64,000 nucleotides of DNA from an uncultured Clostridia bacterium (GCA_947570215.1 CANOTO010000001.1:262735-326734), one strand, 5' to 3'. Shown: positions 16,489-26,069, counted from the stretch's first letter. The notes: generated by a model not told the origin, from the sequence alone. Program-made: numbers and translations.

Positions 16489-16518
16489 AGTATACCCCCC
16501 CCCGTAATACGTTGTCAA
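16489..16518 (-). promoter_or_regulatory. Candidate promoter of the lipoprotein gene with a G9 tract inside the spacer
   Basis: On the - strand: TTGACA (16513-16518), spacer ACGTATTAC+GGGGGGGGG (18 nt), TATACT (16489-16494). Confidence 0.5.
16495..16503. repeat. Homopolymer C9 (+) / G9 (-)
   Basis: Read directly: tataCCCCCCCCCgtaat. Confidence 0.95.
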
Positions 16519-16789
16519 TACCAAAATTAAATAATGAAAAGAAAGTCAACATGTTCACTTAACAGTTAAGCAACACAAAAAAGACTATCCTACGCGAAAG
16601 CGTCGAATAGTCTGTGTCATGTCACAATAATGACAAAATATATAAATTATAGACGGTTTGGCGGATATAAACGTATTGGTTACGTAAACACCGACCGACG
16701 GCAGCCGCAGGCGGTAACGATTTTGCCCGAAAGCGTCTACTGCGCTTATACCCTGAAAACCGAAATACGTACTGTTATCCGTGAAAAGT

Positions 16790-17440
16790 CTAATCGATGT
16801 ATCGCCGTAAAACAATTACACGCGGACGCTCGTTTGCCGGAACGTCTCGAAGCACCAAGCTATCCGAAACGCAGAATTGTACGTCGCCGTTATCGAAAAG
16901 CTTTACGAAATCGCCTACGGGCGCAATATCAAGCTTACACCCGTCGCATTTGTAATGCATAGGCAATACAATCTTGGGATTTGCCGCGTCTACGTATTTC
17001 CTTGCAGTTTGCGCGTCTACCGTATACGTTCCGCCTACGGGCAGCATCAAAACGTCGCAATTCGCAATTTTGCCGACAACATTCTCGTCAAAATAACCGA
17101 CGTCCCCCATATGAACGACCTTTAATCCGTCTATTTCGAAACAAAAAACGAGATTGTTTCCGCGTTTGGCGCCTTTTTCCCCGTCGTGATAGGTCGGAAT
17201 ACTGTTAACCGTCACGTCGTCTGCGCAGCACGTAACTTCACAGTCAATCTCCGCGGGAGAACCGCTTACATTGCACACGCAATCGTGATCGTCATGATGA
17301 TGAGATACCGTTACAACGTCTGCGCGGACGCGCGGCATACAATAACCCACCGTTTCACCGTTGAAGGGGTCGCACAGCAAGGTTGTGCCCATATCGCTTA
17401 TAAGCCTGAAACAAGCGTGTCCCAAATATTGAATTTTCAT
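16790..17440 (-). CDS. MBL-fold metal-dependent hydrolase (UPF0173-like)
   Basis: The protein starts MKIQYLGHACFRL and has the SHHHDDH metal-binding motif. Confidence 0.8.
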   Translation of the reverse strand: MKIQYLGHACFRLISDMGTTLLCDPFNGETVGYCMPRVRADVVTVSHHHDDHDCVCNVSGSPAEIDCEVTCCADDVTVNSIPTYHDGEKGAKRGNNLVFCFEIDGLKVVHMGDVGYFDENVVGKIANCDVLMLPVGGTYTVDAQTARKYVDAANPKIVLPMHYKCDGCKLDIAPVGDFVKLFDNGDVQFCVSDSLVLRDVPANERPRVIVLRRYID

Positions 17441-17605
17441 TTTATTTACCCCGCTTAAACTTTATTCCGCAACGAAGCGCAAATTACGCCCAAATAAGCG
17501 TTATTCTTTATATATTTTATACTCAAGCTTTCATCGTGTCAACGCCTAACCGTGCGGCAAATTTCAGATTTATAAAAAAGGGTAGATTTTTTTTAAATAA
17601 AATGA

Positions 17606-17724
17606 TATAATATAACCGATAATTACTTAAACGCAATGCGCAAACGTATATCAAACGATAACACCGCGCGTATTATAACGAACGCACTGTTATGCATCAT
17701 TTAAGTAATTACTCGAATCGGAGG
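17606..17724 (+). promoter_or_regulatory. Extended -10 promoter plus a ~110-nt 5' leader closed by a long-range helix that abuts the SD
   Basis: TGaTATAAT lies at 17603-17611. CCGAT+AATTACTTAAA (17616-17631) is complementary to TTTAAGTAATT (17700-17710) and ATCGG (17717-17721). The SD GGAGG is at 17720-17724. Confidence 0.4.
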
Positions 17725-17728
17725 TTAT

Positions 17729-18745
17729 ATGAAAGCCTGGATTTTGGACGAACCGCGCAAGCTGAGATTGCAAGAATTCAGTCCGACAGCTCTTACGGAA
17801 AACAAGGTTAAGGTAAAAATAGAAGAAGTCCTGCTGTCTTCGTCGGACTTTGCTATTTATACAGGCGCGTCGAAGCGCACTTACCCGTTTATTTTCGGAA
17901 GAAACGCCGTGGGCGTAGTATCGGATACGGGCGACAAAACCAATTCGCTGTTACAAAAAATGGACAGAGTGGTTATAGAGCCGTATATCCCCTGCGACGC
18001 TTGCACCGAATGTAAGGAAGGCGATTACCAAAGCTGTTCCAATATGCAAGAGTTAGGACACAACTGCAACGGTCTGTTACAAAACTTTATCGATCTTCCG
18101 TACACCCTAATTCACAAACTGCCCGATAACCTTACGACGGACAGAGCCTTGTTTGTTTCTTACGTGGCGTTTTGCCTAAACGTAGTAGACGCGCTGAATC
18201 TGGAAAAAGGCAGACACATAGCGATATTCGCTTCCACCAAAACCGGATTGATACTCGCTCAGCTTGTTGCCTATTACCAAGCGGTGCCCGTATTTATAAG
18301 TAATGTCGACGCTCTGCTGGATATGGCGCGCGATATGGGTATATTCTACTGCTTTAACCCCGAAAAAACGGACGTCGAACACGAAATTATGATGATAACG
18401 GGCGGCAGAATGTGCAGCGAATTGGTGTTCTTCTCCGATTCCGACTTCAAGATGCACGACGTATACGACGCGGCCGCCGTAAACGCCAACATATGCCTTG
18501 CGGGATATTCCAGCAAGGACAGTAAATTGTCGGTAGCTCAAATATGCGAAAAACACTTAAAGATATTCGGCGTATACAACGGCGCGGGCAATTATTCGTC
18601 GGCAATCAACCTATTGGTCACCAATACAGTAAACATCGACGCTTTGTTGGGAGACGCTCTAAACTTCGACTCGTTAGACCGCTCCCTTGCGGACATAAAC
18701 CCCGAAGATTTGATATTGAAATCCAAAATAATAAAAATAAACTGA
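17729..18745 (+). CDS. MDR (zinc-ADH superfamily) homologue with degenerate catalytic and cofactor motifs
   Basis: The structural-zinc lobe CDACTECKEGDYQSC is retained. The catalytic Cys/His-Glu positions read LSSSDFAIY and FGRNAVGVV. The GxGxxG region reads IFASTKTGLI. Confidence 0.65.
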   Translation: MKAWILDEPRKLRLQEFSPTALTENKVKVKIEEVLLSSSDFAIYTGASKRTYPFIFGRNAVGVVSDTGDKTNSLLQKMDRVVIEPYIPCDACTECKEGDYQSCSNMQELGHNCNGLLQNFIDLPYTLIHKLPDNLTTDRALFVSYVAFCLNVVDALNLEKGRHIAIFASTKTGLILAQLVAYYQAVPVFISNVDALLDMARDMGIFYCFNPEKTDVEHEIMMITGGRMCSELVFFSDSDFKMHDVYDAAAVNANICLAGYSSKDSKLSVAQICEKHLKIFGVYNGAGNYSSAINLLVTNTVNIDALLGDALNFDSLDRSLADINPEDLILKSKIIKIN

Positions 18746-18818
18746 CACACGAAAATAAAAAGAGAACGGCCGCATATCAGACGATATGCGGCCGTTTTTT
18801 ATTAAATACGTATTACAA

Positions 18819-19724
18819 TCAAGCGTTTTTGTCGGCGTACATTGCCGCAGAAAAGCCTGCGACCGCGCCGTCGCCGACCGCCGTTGCGCATTGGCGCACC
18901 CTTTTGGTACGGCAGTCTCCTGCGGCGAATACGCCAGAACAGCTTGTTAGGCAATCTTCGCCTGCGACGATATAACCCTTGCCGTCCAACTTTACCAAGT
19001 CGGCAAACTGCTCGTTGTGCGGCTCCTGCCCGATGGCCACAAACACCGCGTCGCAGTCCGAGTAGGTTATTGCTCCGTCGCAGTCCTGATAAGCCACACC
19101 TTGAACACGCTCGTCGCCCACAATGTCTTGAACACTTACGTTTTTTACCCACTCAATCTTGCCGTTGGCTGCAATTCTGTCCACAAGTTCGCGGTCGCAG
19201 AACAGCTTGTCGAACAACGTAAGCAGACGGACTTCCCGGCACAACTCCGCCAAAAATAATGCGTATTGCGCCGCAGAATTGCCGTCGCCGACAACGCACA
19301 CCGACTTGTCCTTATAAAACGCGCCGTCGCATACCGCGCAGTAGCATATCCCCTTTCCGGCAAGTTTTTCTTCCGACGGCACACCGAGCTTCTTGTGCGA
19401 TACGCCCGTAGCCAACACCACCGCCTTGGCGAAATACGAAGAGTATTCCGTCTTGACTGTAAAACCGCGCTCTGCCGTTTCCACCGAAGCGCGCCCCATA
19501 TCGAACTCCACCCCGTGAGAGAGAACCTGCTCGAACATATTGTCGGCAAGTCTTGCGCCTGCAATTTCGTTGACGGACGGAAAATTCTCCACTCGCGGAG
19601 CGGTAGCGATTTGTCCGCCGAAAGCGTCGCTTTCCAGCATCATTACGCTTTTGCCGGCGCGCTTGGCGTACAACGCCGCGGTCATGCCCGCAGGTCCGCC
19701 GCCTATTACTATTACGTCGTACAT
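18819..19724 (-). CDS. trxB: Thioredoxin-disulfide reductase
   Basis: MYDVIVIGGGPAGMTAALYA, redox-active CAVCDG and GDGNSA are present. The start was trimmed to the ATG at 19724, because the ORF-track start would overlap nrdD. Confidence 0.9.
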   Translation of the reverse strand: MYDVIVIGGGPAGMTAALYAKRAGKSVMMLESDAFGGQIATAPRVENFPSVNEIAGARLADNMFEQVLSHGVEFDMGRASVETAERGFTVKTEYSSYFAKAVVLATGVSHKKLGVPSEEKLAGKGICYCAVCDGAFYKDKSVCVVGDGNSAAQYALFLAELCREVRLLTLFDKLFCDRELVDRIAANGKIEWVKNVSVQDIVGDERVQGVAYQDCDGAITYSDCDAVFVAIGQEPHNEQFADLVKLDGKGYIVAGEDCLTSCSGVFAAGDCRTKRVRQCATAVGDGAVAGFSAAMYADKNA

Positions 19725-19731
19725 ACTGTGC

Positions 19732-22095
19732 CTATTTAACAGTTTCGATATATTTGCGGACGTTGGACGCGTTTTCATATACCGAATAGCTGTCGCCGTC
19801 GGCAACAATCAGCGTAGGCGTAAGCTTTATATCGAACTTCTTGGACAAATCCGCTTGTTCCATAGCGTTAATCTCTTCGAATTCCATATTTGCCTTATTG
19901 AGCATCAATTCCGCCATTTTGCAATTGGGACAGTTGTTTTGAACGAACAGCATTGGCTTTAACACGCATACTGGAGCCTTGACTTCTTCCGTTTCCTGAG
20001 CTACCAAGCACTTTTTTAACACGCTTGTATCGGGAGTATACTCCTTACGCTCCTTCCACTCCTGCGCTTTGCCGTCGTTCCAGTTTTGAACGGGACGGTA
20101 ATAACCGGTAATACGACTGTAAACTTCCGTTTTGCCGTGACAATGCGGACACTCGTACGCTTCGCCCTTAATGTATCCGTGTTCGGGACAAACCGAGTAC
20201 GTAGGCGACATTGTATAATAAGGTAAACGGTAGTTTTCCGCAATTTTTCTTACAAGCTTCATCGCCGACTTCCAATTGGGCAAACGCTCGCCCAAAAATG
20301 CGTGAAATACCGTACCCGACGTGTACAGCGTCTGCAATTCGTCCTGAATGTCCAACGCGTCGAACACGTCGCTTGTAAAGCTTACCGGCAAATGCGAGCT
20401 GTTGGTGTAGTAAGGCGTTTCGCCCTTCTTGCTGGCGAAAATCATGTCGGGGTATAACTTCATATCGTGCTTTGCCAAACGGTACGCCGTACTTTCGGCG
20501 GGAGTAGCTTCGAGATTATACAAATCGCCGTACTTCTCCTGATAGTCGGAAAGCCTTTCGCGCATATGATTAAGCACGTCCTTGGTAAACGACTGAGCGC
20601 GAGCGTCCGTCATATCGCAAGCCAACCAACTGGCGTTTAGGCAAGCCTCGTTCATACCTACCAGGCCTATTGTAGAAAAGTGATTGTCGAAGTTGCCGAG
20701 ATACCGTTTAGTATAAGGGTACAGTCCCGCTTCCATTAGCTTGGTAATGGTCGTACGCTTGATTTTTAACGAGCGGGCGGAAATATCCATCATCCTGTCC
20801 AATCTTTCGTAAAATTCCTTTTCGTTTTTGGACAAATAAGCTATACGCGGCATATTGATAGTAACAACGCCTACCGAACCAGTGCTTTCGCCGCTTCCGA
20901 AGAAGCCGCCGGACTTCTTACGCAGCTCGCGCAAATCCAAACGAAGACGGCAGCACATACTGCGTACGTCGCTCGGCTGCATATCACTGTTGATATAGTT
21001 AGAGAAATACGGAGTGCCGTATTTCGCCGTCATTTCGAAAAGCAGCTTGTTGTTTTCCGTTTCGCTCCAATCGAAATCCTTGGTTATGGAATAGGTAGGA
21101 ATAGGATATTGGAAACCGCGTCCGTTGTAGTCGCCTTCTATCATAGTTTCGATAAAGGCCTTGTTTACCATATCCATTTCCTTCTTACAATCCTTGTAGC
21201 AAAAATCCGTTTCATTGCCGCCTACAATACAATGAAGGTTGGCAAGGTCGTTGGGAACGGTCCAATCCAACGTAATGTTGGAAAACGGAGCCTGCGTGCC
21301 CCAACGAGAAGGAGTGTTTACGCCGTAAACGAAGGATTCGATGCACTTTTTAACTTGGTCGTAGCTCAGGTTGTCGGCCTTAACAAAAGGCGCAAGATAG
21401 GTGTCGAAGGAGCTGAACGCCTGTGCGCCCGCCCATTCGTTTTGCATTATGCCCAAAAAGTTGACCATTTGGTTGCAAAGCGTAGCAAGATGCTTTGCGG
21501 GAGCGGACGTGATTTTGCCGGGCACGCCGCCCAAGCCTTCTTGTATAAGTTGCTTTAACGACCAGCCCGCGCAGTAGCCCGTGAGCATGGATAAATCGTG
21601 AAGATGAATAGCCGCCGAACGATGCGCTTCGGCAATTTCTTCGTCGTACACTTCCGACAGCCAATAGTTTGCCGTAATAGCGCCGCTGTTAGACAGGATA
21701 AGCCCGCCTACGGAATATGTAACCGTGCTGTTTTCCTTAACTCGCCAGTCGGCGATCTTGAGATAGTTGTCTACGACGCTTTTGTAGTCCAATATCGTCT
21801 CTCCCGCCTTACGGACGTTTTCGTGCTTCTTCCGGTACAAAATGTACGCCTTGGCAACTTCGACGTAACCCGCTTGAATAAGCACGGTTTCTACGCTGTC
21901 CTGAATATCTTCGACGGACACTACGCCGTCGCTGACCTTATCCATAAAATCAGACGTTACTTTTAGCGCCAGCAAGTCGATAACGTCTTGGTTACAGGGC
22001 TTGTTTTGCCCTTCGAACGCTGCAGTGATTGCCTTGGTAATTTTGGACAGATTGAAATCGATAATTTGACCGTCTCTTTTTCTTACCCGATACAT
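19732..22095 (-). CDS. nrdD: Anaerobic (class III) ribonucleoside-triphosphate reductase with an N-terminal ATP-cone and a C-terminal fused thioredoxin-fold (CPNC) domain
   Basis: ATP-cone MYRVRKRDGQIIDFNLSKI. Zn site CPEHG...CPHC. Glycyl-radical motif VYSRITGYYRPV. About 105 extra residues follow, with MLFVQNNCPNCKMAE...LTPTLIV. Confidence 0.9.
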   Translation of the reverse strand: MYRVRKRDGQIIDFNLSKITKAITAAFEGQNKPCNQDVIDLLALKVTSDFMDKVSDGVVSVEDIQDSVETVLIQAGYVEVAKAYILYRKKHENVRKAGETILDYKSVVDNYLKIADWRVKENSTVTYSVGGLILSNSGAITANYWLSEVYDEEIAEAHRSAAIHLHDLSMLTGYCAGWSLKQLIQEGLGGVPGKITSAPAKHLATLCNQMVNFLGIMQNEWAGAQAFSSFDTYLAPFVKADNLSYDQVKKCIESFVYGVNTPSRWGTQAPFSNITLDWTVPNDLANLHCIVGGNETDFCYKDCKKEMDMVNKAFIETMIEGDYNGRGFQYPIPTYSITKDFDWSETENNKLLFEMTAKYGTPYFSNYINSDMQPSDVRSMCCRLRLDLRELRKKSGGFFGSGESTGSVGVVTINMPRIAYLSKNEKEFYERLDRMMDISARSLKIKRTTITKLMEAGLYPYTKRYLGNFDNHFSTIGLVGMNEACLNASWLACDMTDARAQSFTKDVLNHMRERLSDYQEKYGDLYNLEATPAESTAYRLAKHDMKLYPDMIFASKKGETPYYTNSSHLPVSFTSDVFDALDIQDELQTLYTSGTVFHAFLGERLPNWKSAMKLVRKIAENYRLPYYTMSPTYSVCPEHGYIKGEAYECPHCHGKTEVYSRITGYYRPVQNWNDGKAQEWKERKEYTPDTSVLKKCLVAQETEEVKAPVCVLKPMLFVQNNCPNCKMAELMLNKANMEFEEINAMEQADLSKKFDIKLTPTLIVADGDSYSVYENASNVRKYIETVK

Positions 22096-22201
22096 TTTGA
22101 GCCTCCGTAATTTTTCATTTGTTACCGCTGCGCAAATCTTTGCGATCGGCGATGTGCCTACATATTGTATAATACAAGATATGCCTTTGTCAACAGTTCA
22201 A

Positions 22202-22249
22202 ACACAATATATTGTGTTATTTTTTTGCTTTTGACACAATATATAGTAT
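22202..22249. promoter_or_regulatory. Two NrdR-box-like palindromes upstream of nrdD
   Basis: ACACAATATATTGTGT (22202-22217, perfect palindrome) and ACACAATATATAGTAT (22234-22249). Their centres are 32 bp apart, which fits the tandem NrdR-box arrangement. Confidence 0.7.
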
Positions 22250-22808
22250 GTCAATCATAATACTCTGTCTGTCATAAATAACAGAGTTATACGAAAATTA
22301 TCGCTTTGACAGTCGGCGCATACCTTAGCGGTAGACATTCGCGGCTACAATCGAAGCAAAACCGCCTTTGTACGCTATGATATTGCGCAAACAGAAAAAA
22401 ATAAACCGACAAAAAAACGGTATTATACAAAATTTTGTCGCAGCTCGCAGAGTGTGATAATTTTTACCGACATTAGAATATAACAAAAAATATATTGCGC
22501 GCCTTATCGGCGCGCAATACGCAATAATGCCGTAAAACCCGCAGCGCTTTAATACACGCAAGCTCTACAAGACTACTACAAATTGTTTATGACATTATCG
22601 ATAATAAAAGAAAAAGACGAGCCTGTCGTCTTTTTCCGTTATGAAGAAGAGAGATTCAACCGTTCTATGCGGTTGAAAACAATTATTTGTAAAACCTAAT
22701 ATAGTATACCACCTATTTTTGAAATGTCAATACAGATTTCGAAATTTATTATACATAAATTTTGCATTTGACATATAGAAAACTTATGGGGTGCTCGTCG
22801 CATGCGAT

Positions 22809-25466
22809 TTATTTGCTGAAATACACGAATACCGCCCGAGCGTCTACCGTAACCGCGCCGTTGACAGCGCGAATTTCCGTAGAGCCGGCCTGTGTTCCGT
22901 CGGCTACCAACGACCAATTGCCTTTCGGCAAAGTATAACTGTAACCGCGCGAAGAATTGTTGATTACGGCGATAACTTTACCCGCAGTTCCGCCGTCGAA
23001 CGTGGCAATAATCGCGTCTCCGTCGACTTTGCTCGCGATAGCTACGCCGTTTTTCGCAGTTAAAACGGCGCTGCTCTTACGCATCTCGATGAGCCCCTTA
23101 TAATAATTCATCATAGCGTATTCGTTGCTCGTTTCGGTTAGCGATTCCCACTTGAGATTGTTTATAGCGTCGCTTGACTTATAGCTGTTGTCGTCGTATT
23201 TATTTCCTGCGATATGTTTGGTACGCAGCATTTCTTCGCCGGATTGCATAAAGGGCGTTCCCTTGCTTAGCATAACTATCGCCGCGCCCATACGGTTCAT
23301 CGCCAATCGATCTTGAAGCGTAGACCCGCCGGTAGACAATATCAGCTTGTCCCATAACGTATGATTATCATGAGCGGAAATATAATTTATAACCGCGCCG
23401 TCGGTTACCGACCAGCCTTCGCTTGCCGTTTCGCAGCCGGCAAGGCTTGCGGTTACTTTCGATACGTTTAGTGACGAATTGCCCAAAAATCCCGCTTCGG
23501 CTGCACTGAATACGCTTCCGCGCAAGCCGTCGCGTATTACGTCGTTGAATACTGCCACCGCTCCCGCAGAGCCCTGCGTTGCGGTAACCGAGGAAATGTT
23601 TTTTTGCGTAGCAAGCGTAGCTTCCGTCGCAGTAGTCATGTTCCACGCTTCGCCGTAAATAATAGCTTTGGGATTTATTGCGTGAACGGCTTGCTCGATT
23701 GCCTGCATCGTTTCTACGTCGTGCAGCCCCATAAGATCGAAGCGGAAGCCGTCGATTTTGTATTCTCTCGCCCAATAGCTAACGCTGTCCACCATAAATT
23801 TGCGATACATATAGCGTTCGGAAGCGGTATCGTTGCCGCAGCCCGACCCGTTGGAATTAGACCCGTCGTTATTGTAACGATAGTAATAATTCGGTACGAT
23901 TTTATTGAAATTGCTGTTGGCGTCCGCAGTGTGATTGTACACCACGTCCATTATTACGCCCAAGCCGTTGGCATGAAGCGACTGCACCATTTGCTTGAAC
24001 TCTTTAACGCGCACTTCGCCGTGATACGGGTCGGTGGAATAGCTGCCTTCCGGCGAGTTGTAGTTTTGCGGATCGTAACCCCAGTTGAATTGAGCCGTGC
24101 TTAATTTAGTTTCGTCTACCGTCTTATAATCGAATACGGGCAGTAAATGAATATGCGTAGCGCCGAGATTTTTGACGTAATCGACGCCCACGGGTATACC
24201 GTGGGAATTGGTAAGCCCGACTTCGGTGAACGCAAGATATTTACCCTTGTACTGAGACGACGCAATTTGATTGCTGAAATCGCGCACGTGCGTCTCCCAA
24301 ATTACGGCTTGCGTGTAAGCGTCGACCGTATCGATATAATTCTCCTTGTCGAAGCCTGCGGGATTAGTAGTAGCGAGATCCAGCACCATACCGCGATTGC
24401 CGTTGACCCCCGTGCTGCGTGCATACGGATCGACCGCTTCCTGCACGCCCGCGGCGGTTTCTACCGTATACGTGTAGTACTTGCCCGTTACGTCGTCCGC
24501 GTTGCAGCTCCACACGCCCCTGTCGCCGAGAACCATATCTACGTATTTGTAAGGAGAACCGCCGTCGCCTGCTTCGTACAAATTGAGTACTACGTTTTTA
24601 GCCGTGGGCGCCCACACCTTGAAGGCTGCGGAATGCCCGTCGACGATTGCGCCCAATTCGCCGTCGTAATTGTAACGGTCGCCGAAGCTTTTGCTGTTAA
24701 ATACTTCGTACGGCAGCGCTTCCATTTTGCCGAAACCGGCAATTTCTACCACATAGCTTTTATTCAAATTAACTTCTTGACGCAGACGGACAGTTCCACG
24801 TTCGGTGGTTTTATTCTTGGTAAGCAACGACGAAACAGCTATCTTTTGTCCGTCGCAATACACCTTAATATCCGTCTTACGGGTAAACTTGGTGGCGGGG
24901 ACAATGTTAAAGCTTATTTCGTTTAATTCGCTTATCGATACTTTCTCTATCTGTTTAATCATAGTAAGAGTCTGCCCGCCGTCCTTACTTTCGAATTTGT
25001 AGGGATTAACGCCGGTAAGATAAACTTCCGTAACGTCTTCATTCATTGTGATAATACGGTCGTTATCGTATACTTTATCGGCAACGTCCCAAGTTTCTCC
25101 GTGCGTGGTAGCGTTTTTACGCAGAATAAAACCTACTTGCTCAATCTCCTGCGGAACGTTGACAACCGCTTTTGCCCCGTACGCGCAGGGGTGAAATTCG
25201 TACGCGCGTCCTTCGGCAAGGTCGTGCCACAGCCACAGGTCGTTATCCTTATAGGAATGCGCCGCTTCACGCCAATATACAACCAATTGACGGCAGCCTT
25301 CTTCGCGGGGTAATTCGTAATCTTCCAATGCGCCCGTATTTACGCCGATATCCATATCGACTTCGTACTTGCTTGTGTCGAAATAATCGTCCTGCGGATT
25401 ACACGCCGCCAAGCACAGCGACAACGCCAAAACGCACATAAGAAATATAAGTAAAATTTTCTTCAT
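22809..25466 (-). CDS. pulA: Type I pullulanase, lipoprotein (GH13)
   Basis: MKKILLIFLMCVLALSLCLAAC lipobox. Pullulanase motif FNWGYDPQNY. GH13 regions DVVYNHT, GFRFDLMG, YGEAWN and YISAHDN. The start was trimmed to the ATG at 25466, which follows GGAGAAAAA. Confidence 0.9.
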   Translation of the reverse strand: MKKILLIFLMCVLALSLCLAACNPQDDYFDTSKYEVDMDIGVNTGALEDYELPREEGCRQLVVYWREAAHSYKDNDLWLWHDLAEGRAYEFHPCAYGAKAVVNVPQEIEQVGFILRKNATTHGETWDVADKVYDNDRIITMNEDVTEVYLTGVNPYKFESKDGGQTLTMIKQIEKVSISELNEISFNIVPATKFTRKTDIKVYCDGQKIAVSSLLTKNKTTERGTVRLRQEVNLNKSYVVEIAGFGKMEALPYEVFNSKSFGDRYNYDGELGAIVDGHSAAFKVWAPTAKNVVLNLYEAGDGGSPYKYVDMVLGDRGVWSCNADDVTGKYYTYTVETAAGVQEAVDPYARSTGVNGNRGMVLDLATTNPAGFDKENYIDTVDAYTQAVIWETHVRDFSNQIASSQYKGKYLAFTEVGLTNSHGIPVGVDYVKNLGATHIHLLPVFDYKTVDETKLSTAQFNWGYDPQNYNSPEGSYSTDPYHGEVRVKEFKQMVQSLHANGLGVIMDVVYNHTADANSNFNKIVPNYYYRYNNDGSNSNGSGCGNDTASERYMYRKFMVDSVSYWAREYKIDGFRFDLMGLHDVETMQAIEQAVHAINPKAIIYGEAWNMTTATEATLATQKNISSVTATQGSAGAVAVFNDVIRDGLRGSVFSAAEAGFLGNSSLNVSKVTASLAGCETASEGWSVTDGAVINYISAHDNHTLWDKLILSTGGSTLQDRLAMNRMGAAIVMLSKGTPFMQSGEEMLRTKHIAGNKYDDNSYKSSDAINNLKWESLTETSNEYAMMNYYKGLIEMRKSSAVLTAKNGVAIASKVDGDAIIATFDGGTAGKVIAVINNSSRGYSYTLPKGNWSLVADGTQAGSTEIRAVNGAVTVDARAVFVYFSK

Positions 25467-25980
25467 TTTTTCTCCGTAATAGCGAAATAAATGACAATTG
25501 CAAAAAAAAATTTGCGGAGTATTTCGCGTGTATATTTTATCACTGCTTACAGCGGCAGTCAATAGTCAAATTTTACTTTTAGGCAATTTTTTGCGTAAAT
25601 AACGGAGAAATTTATTGAAAATATTTAGGACGCGCGCTTTCGCAGGCCTTTTGAAGCATGCGGCGAGTTTAATCCCACACGTAAGAACGATACGCGAAGC
25701 AAGGTTTGGCATCGGCTTTACAAATCGCCTTATATTGCAAAGACGGTATACGCTGTCGCCAACCACCGCAAACGAGCCTTCATTCAATCTGCAGAGCCCG
25801 TTTTATTCCACGTTGATTTCTTCTATTTTCCAAACGTTATTCCCGCGGCAAAAAGTATCGCAGCCTTGCTAAAAAATCAAAGAAAACACGGCGGACTTTT
25901 GTTGGGGAAACGCGACGCAAACAGACAAGCGGCGCAAAGCCGCATTGGGAAAAACTTTAACGGAAACATTGTCAATTTTG

Positions 25981-26009
25981 TTGACAACCTTTTATTTTTT
26001 TGATATGAT
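25981..26009 (+). promoter_or_regulatory. Promoter of the tRNA cluster
   Basis: TTGACA (25981-25986), 17 nt, TATGAT (26004-26009), about 60 nt upstream of the first tRNA. Confidence 0.55.
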
Positions 26010-26069
26010 AATTAGGCTTTTGACAGTGTAGAGGCGAATTGGAACTTCGAATGTTGGGAAAAGCAATAT

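Noticed and set aside
18802-19564. Arg-rich ORFs overlapping trxB in other frames (18802-19152, 18842-19222, 19145-19564, 19266-19739).
   Set aside because: Their composition (runs of R, P, C) is typical of off-frame translation of a GC-richer gene. trxB motifs occupy the true frame.
22325-22561. 78-aa - strand ORF in the pulA-nrdD gap.
   Set aside because: It contains a strong GC-rich hairpin (ATTGCGCGCC/GGCGCGCAAT), has no RBS, and sits among terminators. The region is more likely non-coding.
25467-25620. GCAAA-AAAAA-TTTGC upstream of the pullulanase gene as a LacI/MalR-type operator shared with 13817-13832.
   Set aside because: The half-site spacing differs from both the LacI-family consensus and the palindrome at the regulator's own promoter, so the match is too weak to call.
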